This document shows positions 12,596 to 24,663 of a DNA stretch of 44,976 nucleotides, piece by piece. A program made the position numbers and the translations under genes. The stretch's first letter is position 1, and each line of letters opens with the position of its first letter. The stretch comes from Chiloscyllium plagiosum (lineage: Eukaryota): assembly GCF_004010195.1 (NCBI RefSeq), contig NC_057751.1, positions 1,804,494 through 1,849,469 on the forward strand, in the 5' to 3' direction. The notes beneath the pieces were generated by a model. It searched no databases. It had not been told where the DNA came from and saw only the letters and a list, made by a program, of their open reading frames with translations.

Positions 12596-15344
12596 CACAT
12601 ACCTACTACATCTCAGTCTATCAACATATCCTGGACAATTCATCCAACACGAGTCAGAAACCATGAAGAATAACAAGGTCAAAAAAAGGATCGAGATGAA
12701 CAAGCACTTCCTGTCAAGAGACAATGGCATACTTTTTATCTGAAGGAAAGGTTTGTGGCCCATAACAATTGATCCCCTCTTGAATGGTCCAATCCTCTGC
12801 TCTCAGACGTGCTGAAAATATTGCAAGTGAATCCTGTTCTTTGGAACTCTTTCCACAACCACCTCTCCAGCATCAAGTACCTGCTCAAAGCCTGTACGTG
12901 TCAACTTCTCCTTTCTCGTCTCCACCTCCTGACTTGGCATCCTTTTCTATCACACCTTTGGGATTCAACTTGACATTGAAGGATTGTATAAATGCAAGCT
13001 GTCACAACTGATGTTGGGCCAAATCCTGCAGTGGCAGGATATTTAACAGTCTCTGCTGTTAATTAGACGTGCCCTTGTTTGCTTCAACTCAAAATACATT
13101 TTGCTCAAAAAACATCCATGAACGTTAAAGCTGATAACAGCAGAGAGCAGGCAACAGGACACGTGACATCTGTCTGAACATGGGGACCAACAGGCTATCT
13201 TCACAACTACCAACATCTATGGATGGGGAAATGAACTGAGCAAAGAATGAAATCAAGGGTGAATCAATGTCAAATCTGCTGCGAAAACAAAACTAAATAG
13301 CGGGCAAAGAAGACCTTTGTTTGTGCTTTCACAGGATGATGTGTTGCTGCCAATGCTAGAATTTGTAGCTCGTCCCTTACTGCCCTTGAGAAAGTGTTGG
13401 TGATCCACCTCATTGAAGTGCTGCAGTCCATGGAGGAGTGGGCCATCCCGAATTGTTGGATCATGCCAAAGCGAAAACAGCAAAGACATCTCGAAATTTA
13501 GCATTTCATATTTTCGAAGTCTTGCCAAAAAATTCAAAATCGAGTGAAGATGTCTCCACACGTAATAATTAATGTTCAGTGCCAGAGAGGTTGATTCGCA
13601 ATTTCTAACAATGATTATGTCAGAAAAAGGGTCCCTGTGCTCCAAACTGCTGGTCCTACATTTTCAATCAGATCCCCAGGTAAATACAGGAAATTTGCAA
13701 TGTTCACTGGGGAGCCAGAAACCGATGACAGAATGGTAGCATTTCACTCCTGTGTAACCATGGGATCTTACATTGTGTCTCAAGTTGCTGGACAAATTAC
13801 TTATAAATAATGGCATAAGCCATGAGCCTCACAGTTATTTTGATCACGAATTCTTGCCTATTGGGTTTATATTTTCTTCTTGATCACTGAAAAAGCAACA
13901 GTAGTGCTGGAAGAAACTAACGTTGTTGTGAAGGGAATACTAATATTGTAGCATCTTGGTTTTCAATGCTCATTTTTCAGCAGAAGCATTCTTATCAGTA
14001 GAACACAGGATATATGCGAGTATGAGTGTATTCACATCCTCAGTAGCAAAACCACTAGCCTCTTCCTAAAGGTTTCTTCAGTCTTTCATGAGATTAAGAG
14101 AGGAAGAACGACTTGCATTTCTATAATGTCTCACAGAATCACAGAAGAATGAAAACATTGAAGGAGGTCACTTGTCCAATTGAGTCTGTGCCCGTTGTTT
14201 TGGAATCGGTCCCACTCCTGCATGCTTTTGTCTTTCAGTTATTTCTCCATGGGGCCAACTTTGGATTCACTTTAACATTCCAGCTGGAAGAAGGCAACAG
14301 TGGTTAATACGGGACTCCCTTTGTCCAGTACTGGGTGTGACAGCATGGAAATTTGCATTCAAGCATTGGGAGCAGGATTCAAACAACAAGTTGTGGACAT
14401 GAGAATTTGATTCACCAGGTACTCACTGACTCCCACAGTGACTGTGTTGTCTCTTTGCTGTAGCAATCAGGGTGACTCCTGCTTTGTCAGTCTCTTTCCA
14501 CAATCTTGTACCTTTCTCTCTGCTACTCAACAACGTTGGCAATTCAGATGCCTTTAACGCTCAACCAGATCAGCTCCAGAGTTGATTGAGACCATGTGAG
14601 ACTCTTTGGAGTCTGTTTAAAGTACTGGATTCATTGTCCAGGTGCCCTTGGAGAGGAATCACGCAGTGCCCACCAATACTTTTGATGCCTTTAGAGAGGG
14701 GTGGGCACCTCAGTGGGTTATCTCCCCTTGCAACTCTGTTTTAATTTAGATTCCTCCCCTCAAATGTTTGAGTGAAAAGAGAGATCAAAGTGACATCGTG
14801 CATGTCTTTTTAGTTGCTTTTGTGCCATTTCCGAAAAATAAAATAGCAGAATCAACCAATCTCTGGACACAGGTAAACCTTTATAATACAGACGATTTTT
14901 TTTTCAATGTTTGAATCTGTACTTTGCCTGAGGAAGATTTGAACTTCCTGCATTACTTGCAAAACTGTGATGTTTGAATCAGGTCAACTGTGATTTCCTT
15001 GTCTTCTGAAGAGAAAGCATTTGTGAAAGGTTCCTTCTCTACTGAGATGTATGTGCTCCAGAAAAGGTTGGAATATGTTGTCTTGACTGTTGCTTGCAAA
15101 ATTCAGCTCTGACTTCACGGAGATTAATACGAACTGTTCAGAAAAGAGGATTCAAAACTAACACCATAATTGATCACCTTTTTGCCCCAGCTAGCTGACA
15201 CTAACTAGGTATCAGCAGGAACTTTTCATACTGACTCGTTGCCAGTGATTACTCAGATCAAAAAGCTTACAATATGGTGTGGTCAGAGTTCTTTCCCATC
15301 TGTTCGCCCTTGTAAAATAGCCCTGGAGAGTGGATTCTGAACAA

Positions 15345-15610
15345 AACCTGAAAGAAATGTGGATGCTGGAAATCAGAAACAAAACAGAAAGTGATGGAAA
15401 AGCTCAGCAAGTCTTGCAGCATAGCTGGAGAGAAATCAGAGTTACCGTTTCAGATGGAGTCATCCTTCCTCAGAACTGACAGGATCTTGGAAAAAGATGG
15501 TTCCTATGCAGAAGATAGGGTGGAGGGAATGGGTAAGGAGTAAAAGATAGGTGGGGATAGAGCCCAAAGAGGGAGAAGACATACAAAGGAGTGGATAGCG
15601 ATCAGCTGAG
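15345..15610 (-). mobile_element. Penelope-like element 3' terminal fragment with hammerhead core
   Basis: Reverse complement of a PLE end (ggatgctggaaatc..aaacagaa..ggaaaagctcagc); minus strand 15473-15447 reads CTGAGGA-A-GGATG ACTC CATCT-GAAAC. Confidence 0.7.
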
Positions 15611-16289
15611 GAGAATGGAGACGATTGGAGACTGGATTCCTGTTGAGACAGATGTCTTGAAAACTATTAATGACTTAACTATTTATATGGTTACAAGATC
15701 TCATGAAAACACCGAATCTGTGCTGTGCTTATCGATTTTTATAGCTACTTTACATGAATGCAACATCTCACACAGCTGACAAAGTGACTGACTACACACA
15801 CCACGACAATTGAAAGCTGGGTGAGGATCTTTGTGATATCGTGATGCCATCGCTCCGTTGCCCTAAAGGAATGGTACACACGCAGAAAGATGCTTTTATA
15901 CAAAATAGATATAGACATACGTATCACAGAAAATGCAATCAATTACACTGGAAACAATTTGAGAATATTGCAGGGTAGAGAAATGTGAGAGTGAATGTGG
16001 GGGAAGACCTGTAGGTCTAGACTGAATACTAGTGAGAGTCAGGGGAGTGGATTGCTGTGTGAGTGGTTATACAAGTAGAAGCAAGGCTTTATAATTCAGT
16101 TGAAGATGCACAGTTATTGGTCATTGCTGCTGCTTGCTTGGGTCCTCACCTCAAACTTAGGAAGCCCTTTCTTTGAGTGTGGGGACATCAATATTGCTGT
16201 TGGAAAGAGAGTTTCAGGTTTTCAATCCAGCAACAATGGAGGAATGGAAATCTAGCCCCAGTTCTGAAAGGATTGTGACATGGAGAGAG

Positions 16290-16620
16290 GATTCAGTGGC
16301 ATCGTGCCAATGTTACTAGGGCTTGTCTAATATTCTGGGAACTTAAGTTTGACTCCACTGTAGCAAATGGAAAAATGTGAATTCAATAAAATAAAATTGA
16401 AATATTAAGCAAACAAGGTGGCAACCATGCAACAAGTTTGATTGTTGTAAAACTCATCTGGCTTACTTATGGCCTTTAAGAAAGGAAATCTGCCATTCTT
16501 ACCTGGTCTGGTCAACATGTGACTCCAGACCCCGAGCAAAGTGCTTGAATCTAAACTGCTTTCTGGACAGGTCAGGAAGACCATTAAATGCCAGCCCAGA
16601 CAGTAATGTACCCATCAAAT
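16290..16620 (+). mobile_element. Old SINE-like repeat
   Basis: Degraded tRNA-like head and aaggaaatctgccattcttacctggtctgg..gtgactccagac body; its 3' end resembles the old LINE tail at 17.4-17.5 kb. Confidence 0.45.
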
Positions 16621-16669
16621 AAACCAATGAAAAAAAGCTTGGGATTCTGCAGTCATTCTCTGTTTAAGT

Positions 16670-17250
16670 AATACTCTGTTTTTCTGCAAGTGCAGCATGT
16701 AATTGAGAGGCGAATAAGATGTTTTCCCTTATTCTGAGAAGAATTGAACTTGAATGTAAAGATGTCTGCTTCAGTCATACAGGGCATTGGTGAGGCTAGA
16801 TCTCAAATACTGCGTGCATTTTGTCTTGCTTATTTCAGGAACACTGCAATTGCATCTGAGGCAGTTCAGAAGCATCATCCTCTCCGCATTCTCCTTGTTC
16901 AAGACCATTTGGGATTTTATACATTTGAATCAAGCCACCTCTCATTCTTCGTAACTCTTGGACAGTCTCAATCTGTCCAAGCATTCCCCATAAATGAAGG
17001 GAACTTTTTGATTTGTCAGTGAGCTGTGAGAGTTTGGAACACTCTGCCTCAGAAGGCCATGGGGGTGGTTGGGTGTGGCGGGGTGGGGGTGGTTCACTGA
17101 ATATTTTTAAAGTGGAGATAGAGTACTGTTCGGCAGGGAATGAGAGGTTATTGAGGTGGATGGGAATGTGGAATTTGAAACACAAACAGATCAGTTATGA
17201 TCTTATTGCATGTTGGAGCATGCTTTTAAGGAGCTGAATGTCCACCGTTG
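16670..17250 (+). mobile_element. Decayed CR1 3' region
   Basis: Degraded CR1 ORF2 C-terminus (..tggaacactctgcctcagaagg..atatttttaaagtggagataga) and 3'UTR; internally rearranged. Confidence 0.6.
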
Positions 17251-17339
17251 CTTTTTGTGTATTGTGTGTTCTGTTCTGTAGCCATTCTATGATTCTAAGT
17301 CATAGATAATCCCAACTTGAACCAACGTCAACAGTGCGT

Positions 17340-17500
17340 CATGTCAAGGGGTCAAAATAATGAAGTTCCCTCTCTCCCAGCACTGTGAGTGTCCCTGCAC
17401 CAAATGGAATATAACCATTCAAGGATTGGCTTACTATCACATTCCCAGTGATAATTTGGCAGAAGCAATAAAATGCTTGCTTTGCCAATATCGCACACAT
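17340..17500 (+). mobile_element. Ancient CR1-group LINE 3' end (WNSLP..HHHLLKG type)
   Basis: gggtcaaaataatgaagttccctctctcccagcactgtg..ttcaagg..gcaataaaatgct; related copies at ~13.35, 20.0, 29.5-31.0 and 43.4 kb. Confidence 0.5.
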
Positions 17501-17924
17501 TGTTCATTCTATTTTCGGGGAGCTTGCTGAGTTTGAATCAGTTGCCATGTTTCCTATGTCACGACAATGGCTGCATTTGAAAATGCATCTTGTATTGTGT
17601 CTTTGGACATCCTCAGATTGTGAAAGATGTTGTGTAGATGTCAATCTCTCATTTGTTGCCAGATTTACAAAGTGTTAGTATTAAGGCTAATAGGTATGAG
17701 TGATTTGTCCAGGAATAGTGTACCCGGCAGTGTTGGCAGGGTTATCATGGTGGACCGAAGGAGTGCAGAATGCCAGAAAGATACAATGGGTCAATGAGCA
17801 TCCAAACACAATGAGGAGAAAATTAAACAAGACATGATAAATAAATGGTCCTGAACAAAGGGAAGAAATGGAGCAGAGGGATAGAGTGAATAAAGAACTG
17901 GATCACATAGTTCTTCCTAATTGC

Positions 17925-18900
17925 AGGTAGTGATGACTGGGGTACTGCAGCGACCAGTGCTCAGACCTCTGCTAATCACAACATATATTCATGGTTTAGC
18001 TGAATGTAATATCTCAACATTTGCAGATGACACAAAGCTGGGTGAAAGGCTGGCCTGTGAGGAGGATGCTTCAATGTGGATTGGGACAAGTTGAGTGAGT
18101 GAGCAAATGTGTGGCAGTGGCAGTATAATGTGGATAAATATGTGGTTATGCACTTTGGGAGAAGAAAAAACACGAGGATATTATTATCTTAATGGCTGTA
18201 TATTGAAAGAGAAGAATGTGGAATGAGATCTCAGTGTCTTTGTCCACTGTAAGGTCAATCTGTAGGTACACTGGGTGGTTAAGAAGGCAAATGGTATGTC
18301 GATCTTCAGAGCAAAAGGGTTCAAGAACAGGAACACGGAAGTCATGCTGCTGTTATACAGGGCTTTGTAAGACCACATCGGGAATATTGTGTCTCGTTTT
18401 GGTCTCCGTATCTGAGGAAGGATATTCTTTCTATCGAGCGAGCGCAGCGAGAGTTTACCAAATTGATTCCTGGGATGGCAAGATGACATACGATGAGAGA
18501 TGGACTCAGTTAGGATTGTAATAATTGGAGTTTAGAAGAATGAGGGGGATATCTTACAGGAAGTTGTAAAATTCAAACAGGACGAGACCAAACAGATCCA
18601 AGAAGGATGTTCCCAATGGCGGGAGAGACCAGAATCTGGGGTCACAGTCTAAGGATACGCGTAAACCATTTCAGACTGAGATGAGTAGAAATTTCTTCAC
18701 CCAGAAACCGTTGAGCCTGCAGAATTTGCTATCACAGAAAGTGGTTGAGGCCAAAGCATTGAATAATTTCAAGAATTTGGATACAGCTCTTGGGTGACTG
18801 GGACCAGGCTACTGAATTGGACAGTCAGCCATGATCACAATAAATAATACACCAAGCGTAAAGGGCTGAATGGCCTACTCCTGCTCTTATTCTCTACATT
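17925..18900 (+). mobile_element. CR1 LINE 3' fragment
   Basis: ISTFADDTKLG..WQWQYNVDK..V.HFG; KKANG; L..ALVRPH.EYC; RRMRG; NFFTQ; tail gggctgaatggcctactcctgctc. Confidence 0.88.
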
Positions 18901-19326
18901 TCAAACAGTTGATCATCTCATATTTGTCCATTATCTAAAAGTAAATTGGTCGTATGAGCTCAGTAATCGTCTGCTCTGACACTCTATCATCAAATATCAT
19001 TTCCTTCCTTCCCTTACCTGTAGTTTTATCTCCCAGTTACTTGAACAAGCCCACTTTTCAAACAGATACCTGCATTTTTCAACAACAGAACTGACAGGCG
19101 TCTTGTACATTTGCAGCATTTTCTGTTTTGGTTTTCTGAGAGCTTACCTTGTGAAATTAGTGTTACAGTTAGGCGCTGATTACTCTCTGAAGAGTAACAG
19201 CTATAACACTCACAGTGAAAATGATCTTCCTCAGTGATTTTTATGGATATAGATAGCACACTTAAATGACTATTTCTTGCTTGGATAGATCTGCAGTGGC
19301 CAGAAGGGTTTGATAATGGATGAACA

Positions 19327-19617
19327 TCAGTCCATTTTACAGCCTTGGAGAAAAGCAATGTCAAAGCTTGATGCGTCCTCACTGCTGAGACAGAAAAGCC
19401 TATCTCTTTTTGTTGGTAAATACTGGGTCTTGTGAATGCCTTTCACAGTGGGATAATACTGCAAATCCTTCCTTGAAGGGATGCTGTACTGCTTTTCAGA
19501 TACTGCTGGGTTTACCACAATATTTCCAGTGCTCCTTGATTTGATTGTAGAAACTAGAAAGTCCTTCGGATTTGAAGTTCCTGCAACTGAGCCATATCCG
19601 TGTTCATATGCAGGGAC
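19327..19617 (-). other. Candidate exon in unique sequence (96 open codons to TGA); product unknown
   Basis: Acceptor tcccttcttcctattgttgacAG|GTC at 19617; frame VPAYEHGYGSVAG...FLQGCKMD*; strong donors AAG|GTAAGC (19148) and CAG|GTAAGG (19018) downstream; no recognisable domain. Confidence 0.25.
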
Positions 19618-20002
19618 CTGTCAACAATAGGAAGAAGGGACATTCTAAGAATTGAATCATTATCAAATCAACAAACATTCGGGAGATAAGAGTTCCTTGG
19701 TGCACTCACATTGCAACTCGTTGACCGAAGTTGAGTGAGTGAATGAGAGAAAGATGAAAAGCTTTGACAGCATGTTTTTTCCAGAAATACAGAATGTAAA
19801 ATAGCCAGAGAGGATTACTTCATCGAGAATATTGCTTTTTGAAAAGCAATTTGGCCCACTCATCCTCCTTCTGTGTTGTCCAGTTTATGGCTGATTACAA
19901 TCAGATTGCTTTTACTTCCTCACTCTTGGGAGCCATCTGGAAGAGTACATTGTCCCCATTTTTTGGAATTGAATTCTCATGGAATGTTCTCTGATTAGTT
20001 TG

Positions 20003-20605
20003 TGGGATATGGGCATCACTGACTAGGCGAGCAATTATTGTCCATCACTAATTGCCCTTGAGAAGTTCATGGTAAGCTGCTTTCTTGAACCGCTGCAGTT
20101 GTTTGGGACAGACACAGTGCTGTTCAAGAGACAAGTCCAAGATTTTCAACGAGTGACTAAATTAGGATGGTATGTGGATTGGAGGGGAACTTGTAGGGGA
20201 TGGTGTTCCCATACATTAGATTAGATTAGATTACTTTATAGTGTGGAAACAGGCCCTTCGGCCCAACAAGTCCACACCGACCTGCCGTAGCGCACCCACC
20301 CAGATCCATTCCCCTACATTTACCCCTGCACCTAATACTACGGGCAATTTAGCATGGCCAATTCACCTGACTGCACATTTTTGGACTGTGGGAGGAAACC
20401 AGAGGAAACCAACGCAGACACGGGGAGAATGTGCAAACTCCACACAGTCAGTCGCCTGAGGCGGGAATTGAACCCGGGTCTCTGGCGCTGTGAGGCAGCA
20501 GTGCTAACCACTGTGCCACCGTGCCGCCCACTGTGCTGTCCATAGCCATCTCAATTCCTGGTCATGGGTTGGAAAGTGCTGTCAAAGGAACATTGGTGAA
20601 TTATC
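20003..20605 (-). mobile_element. Ancient CR1-group LINE 3' end split by an HE1 SINE
   Basis: ttgcccttgagaag..cttgaaccgctgcag..gatggtgttcccatac, then the SINE, then ctgtgctgtcc..gtgctgtcaaaggaa. Confidence 0.6.
20216..20529 (-). mobile_element. HE1-type tRNA-derived SINE, full length and well preserved
   Basis: Minus strand starts GGGCGGCACGGTGGCACAGTGGTTAG (A box), has GGTTCAATTCC (B box), a CR1-like tail gggccgaagggcctgtttccacact and (TCTAA)n. Confidence 0.92.
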
Positions 20606-20949
20606 AGAATGCAAATATATGAGTTCTACATATTTTGTTTCATTTGGTGTCCTGGCTGCTGTCCTGAAGTTTTTATTTACAGCATCAAATATGACACAAA
20701 TAGTATATATCACTGGATACAAACACTTTTAACCAAACCAAATGGGTAGATGATTTACCCTGCCAGAGACAATGCACCAGGAGAAAGCAAATTGTCAAGC
20801 TTTTGCTAAAATTCAAATCAGGCAAGTCAGAATAGCTGTCTTCCAAATTTCTGTTCAGTTGAAAATTGTCAATACTTGGATATGTTCTTTCTGCATGCAG
20901 AGTGCAGAGGCGTGTGTGTGATTATAAAGTTAAATCATATCAAAAGGTT

Positions 20950-21115
20950 GGTTAGTTCAGTTGGCTGGATGGTTGATCTGCAATTTGGGTTCAATTCCCA
21001 CATAGGCTGAAGTTACTGTGAAAGACTCTCCTTCTCAATTTTCCCTTTCAGCTAAAAGGTGCTGACCCTCAGGTTAAACTCACCAGTCATTTCTCCTTCA
21101 TGGTCTGGTAAGAAG
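20950..21115 (+). mobile_element. tRNA-derived SINE of a second family
   Basis: A box TAGTTCAGTTGG and B box GGTTCAATTCC, followed by a non-tRNA body. Confidence 0.6.
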
Positions 21116-21129
21116 AAGGTGACATTAAG

Positions 21130-21385
21130 ATACAGGAAGGATATTATTAAATTGGAGAAGGTTCAGAAAAGATTTGCCAAGAATGGAGGGTTTGAGTTAT
21201 AACAGTTGGCTAGATGGGCTGGGGGTTTTTTCACTGGAGCACACAACTAAAAGACATTTGGATAAGCACATTAGTAAGAAAGGTTTGGAGGGATATGCGT
21301 CAAATGCAGGCAGTTTAGGATGGAAACGTGGTCGGTGTGGACTAATGAGACTGAAGGATTTATTTCCATGTTATATGATTCTATT
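21130..21385 (+). mobile_element. CR1 3' fragment with internal deletion
   Basis: RKDIIKLEKVQKR..MEGLSY..LDGLG.FSLE joined to KRHLDKH; tail ..atgattcta. Confidence 0.75.
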
Positions 21386-21569
21386 AATTCAACCATTTAT
21401 TTATTTACTTTACAAATCAATTATGAATCTGCTGAATCTTTCCAGAATTCCTCTGTTCCTTCTTAGTTAAAGCCAGACTGTGTCCTACTGAACAAAGACC
21501 TATTGCATCGTTTAATCTGGGTGTTAATTTGCAGACATAACCACACGAGTGGTTTGCCAGTCCTGGTTT

Positions 21570-21800
21570 AGTGGGTTGCATTGTTTCCACTGAATCACAT
21601 AGTTCTAGGGTTCAAGCTCCATTCCAGCAACCTGAGCACATCATTCAAGCTGATCCTCCACTGTAGTATGGGTGCATGCTGCATTTTTGGAGGTGCTATT
21701 TTTCACAATGAGATGTAAAACCTGGATAGTTCTTTCAGGTTGTAAAATATGCCCTGGGTATGATTCAAGAAACAGCAAGAGAGGTGTCGTGGCCAACCAC
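21570..21800 (+). mobile_element. Deu-domain SINE relic (SacSINE1/AmnSINE1-like)
   Basis: B-box-like gggttcaagctcc, then ggaggtgctatttttc..atgagatgtaaaac..ttcaagaaacagca..ggtgtcgtggccaa, resembling the Deu core from memory. Confidence 0.55.
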
Positions 21801-22369
21801 AGTTGTTTAATATTTTTCTCAGGAAGCACTGGGAGGCGTTTTGATAGACTGAAATCAAATGAGTCAGAAACTCGAAAGAAAGTGACAGATTTGAAAGCTA
21901 TCAAACTCTGCCTGTATGCAGCGACTACATTTCAGAATCTCTCCCCCGTGGTTTTGGCCTTCTGTAAAAAGCCCAAGTGTTCATCATTGTGAAGAGGGGA
22001 AACTATTCTATGTTTTCTTGAAACTTTCTGACACCGTAGCCCACATGGTTTCAGTTGCTGACAGCGACTGGCATGCCCCAGGCAAAAACTGGGCAATAGA
22101 TTTATCACTGCAAAGGCCTCACAGCTGTTCATAACTTTCCAACAGTATTGCTGGCAACTATTTAATTCTGCATAACTTTGCCCTCCAGCTCTTATTGCAA
22201 AGGAAATCTGATCAAATTGGTTGGACAGGCTTCACATAATTTTCACAGCCTCGAATGTAGGCAAAGGTCAACATTTCAATGATTTTGTTTTAGGTTGAAG
22301 TTAGTGGAGGCATTGGACGCAATTCCGCGAGACTGGCGGTAAAGTCAGCTGAATGTATGGAGATACAAT

Positions 22370-22790
22370 TCAGGAGCACACATTGGCCATTCTGCCCTGT
22401 TTTTAGACATGCTGTCATTTGAAAAGATGATGGCTGATCTGACTATTTCACATTCCCCTCAATAACGTTTCACACAAGAATCTATTCAGCTCTGCCTTCA
22501 AAAATAATCCACCTCCACCCGATTTGCAGGAACAGAAATCCAAAGACCTTTGTCTGAAATGAACGATCCCCGATTTTCAAACAGTAGTTTCTCATTTTGG
22601 ATTCTCCTTTCACATCCATCCTGTCAATACCTCTCAGGATCATATTTCTTTCAATCAACTCACTTCTTCTAAACTCCAGTGGATACAAACTTATCCCATT
22701 GAACCATTCCTCATAAGAAAGCCCACCCATTCCTGTTATTGGTCTGTTAACCTGCTCTGAACTGTTCACAACACATTGACATCCAGGAAT
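22370..22790 (-). mobile_element. Decayed CR1 3' fragment
   Basis: GMGGLSYEEW..LYPLEFRR..LIE..ILRGIDRMDV. Confidence 0.75.
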
Positions 22791-23289
22791 TCTACTGTGG
22801 CCCCATAATCAGCTAATGACAACAAATAGTATTTATATAACCTGTGTAATTGAACGAAACTTCCTCAGATGTGTCACAGTGACACTGAACGACATGAGTG
22901 GATGGTCGGATGGATGTTTAAAAGCTTGGTCAAAGAGCTACAATTTAAGAAATGTATTAAAAGTGGAAAGCAGAAAGGTAGGGGAGATTGTGGAGATTTC
23001 GGAGATTGTGGCCAAGGAAACTGAAGGTATGGTGGTCAACAGTCAGTAACCAAAAGTGGCTAAAGACAAGAGGCCAGTATTCAAAGTGTGGAGAGGTAGA
23101 GGAAGGTTATAAGGCTAGATTGGATTACATAATTGTGGGGAACATAGAGGGCTATTCCATTTCTGATCTCCATTTCTTCTCAAGATTGCTGGGAATCTTC
23201 TTTGAAGAATACAAGTGAATGTGAAGCAGCATGACGTGGGGAAGTGGAGAATGAAAAACATCCCTTTACCCTGTATATTTATTTTAGTT

Positions 23290-23700
23290 TAGATGTCAGG
23301 AGGCCTGTGTCTGTTAATCGGCTCTTTGCATTGATCCAGAAGCCCAACCCTCCTCTTCTTCTTGCATTCTGAAGGAGCCAAAATCACTCCCTTTTCTCAA
23401 CCACCATGGAAAGCACACCATAAATGCAGCAAGAACTAAGTGATGAGGTGTGGAGTTATCAAGTTGTTAATTAATCAATCATTTAGTCTTTATGAGAAGG
23501 GAGAGCATTGACTAAAGCTCCATCAGCAAAGAGCACAAATAGACGAAGACAATGGCTGTTATATGTTAATTATAAGTTTACGGTCACAGCTTGTGTGCAG
23601 ATCCCAGTGCTCTTCCGCATACCAATCATGTCCTAACAATCTGTTTATATTACATAAATAGTTTAAATCACCTGTTTATGGTCACAGCTTGCATGTGTTG
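23290..23700. promoter_or_regulatory. Candidate enhancer / conserved non-coding element
   Basis: Repeat-free; TTAATTAATCAATCA at 23467-23481 (TGATTGAT on minus); 18-bp direct repeat GTTTAYGGTCACAGCTTG at 23576 and 23674. Confidence 0.3.
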
Positions 23701-24663
23701 CAAAATCATGAACTGAATGCTTAACATCGTATTAATGAAAATAGAAATCCTGCCAAGGCTCAGCAGCTCTGACAACATCTGTGAAGAGAGAAACAACACG
23801 TGTGACCTTTGATCAGGACTGCCTGAATATGTGAGGGGCTGGATTTTAATCTTCTGACCTGATGACAGTGGTGGCAGAACAGTAGCATGTGGGTTACCCA
23901 AAGGTTTCAGCCCTGAATTTGTCAGAAGCTGCACAATCCCGTTACTGCACTAACACTAATGCCCGGGAATTTGGACCTGCGAACAAAGTGTTGCTGCAGT
24001 GAAACTGTTGAAAGGGACCCTGCCAGAAGGAAGCTTCAAGCATTCCTTATGCAGCTGTTCAGAGACAGACAGAAACTGAAGCAATGGTAACAGCACTGTA
24101 CCTCTCAATGGCACATTGCAAGTCAGTGAGATACTTTACCGATACCACTCGAGAGAATAGCTCTGACAGATGGCTGCCACAGATTGCTTCAGTCTAAGTG
24201 AACATGCCAGATTGAGGCCATCCCAGGCAGCTGTCTGTGGGGTTGCTGGTCCCCTCACCACATTGGGACCATCCTCCTCCTCTCCTTTGAAGAGGTTGCA
24301 TTCAGCAACCTCCTCCTCCTGAGGTCCAATCCTCACTGTTAATATGAGTAAATCGATGAGTAAATCTGAAAGGCATCTCTATATTTGTTAAGGTACCTGA
24401 AGCAATTCTCAATGTCCTGACAGTTTGATCACTCACAGTCCAGGATTGTCAGATGGTTCTGAAAGAGTCTTGCCTGGGCCTCATTTCTGCTTTCATCACT
24501 TCATCTGGGTCTTCAGAGATGGGACTTTGGCTTGGAGGTGTTATTATCTCAGCAAGATCTGACTGGTGCGGGAAGCAAACTTCATTACTGTTCCCTGGGA
24601 ATCATGATGATCTTTCAGTCATTGCTGACTAGCTAGATATTGGTAGAGTGGAAGCTTTTAGAC

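Noticed and set aside
12638..12658. CWMNCPG resembling an oxytocin/vasotocin nonapeptide
   Set aside because: Cys spacing is CX3C rather than CX4C, and there is no GKR site or neurophysin domain
13253..13645. 130-aa minus-strand ORF
   Set aside because: Its middle (HGLQHFNEVDHQHFLKG) is an old LINE 3' end; the rest has no recognisable motif or splice support
15770..15860. IVVVCVVSH on minus, faintly like a Harbinger C-terminal motif
   Set aside because: Single short match with no flanking motifs
20455..20529. tRNA-like sequences with A/B boxes (also ~20950, 27800-27870, 29682, 30720-30792, 33440-33513)
   Set aside because: They are SINE heads continuing into SINE bodies; no complete cloverleaf or Pol III terminator
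21823..21992. Plus-strand acceptor followed by a ~55-codon open frame
   Set aside because: No partner exons or recognisable product; the upstream part of the listed ORF lies in a SINE relic
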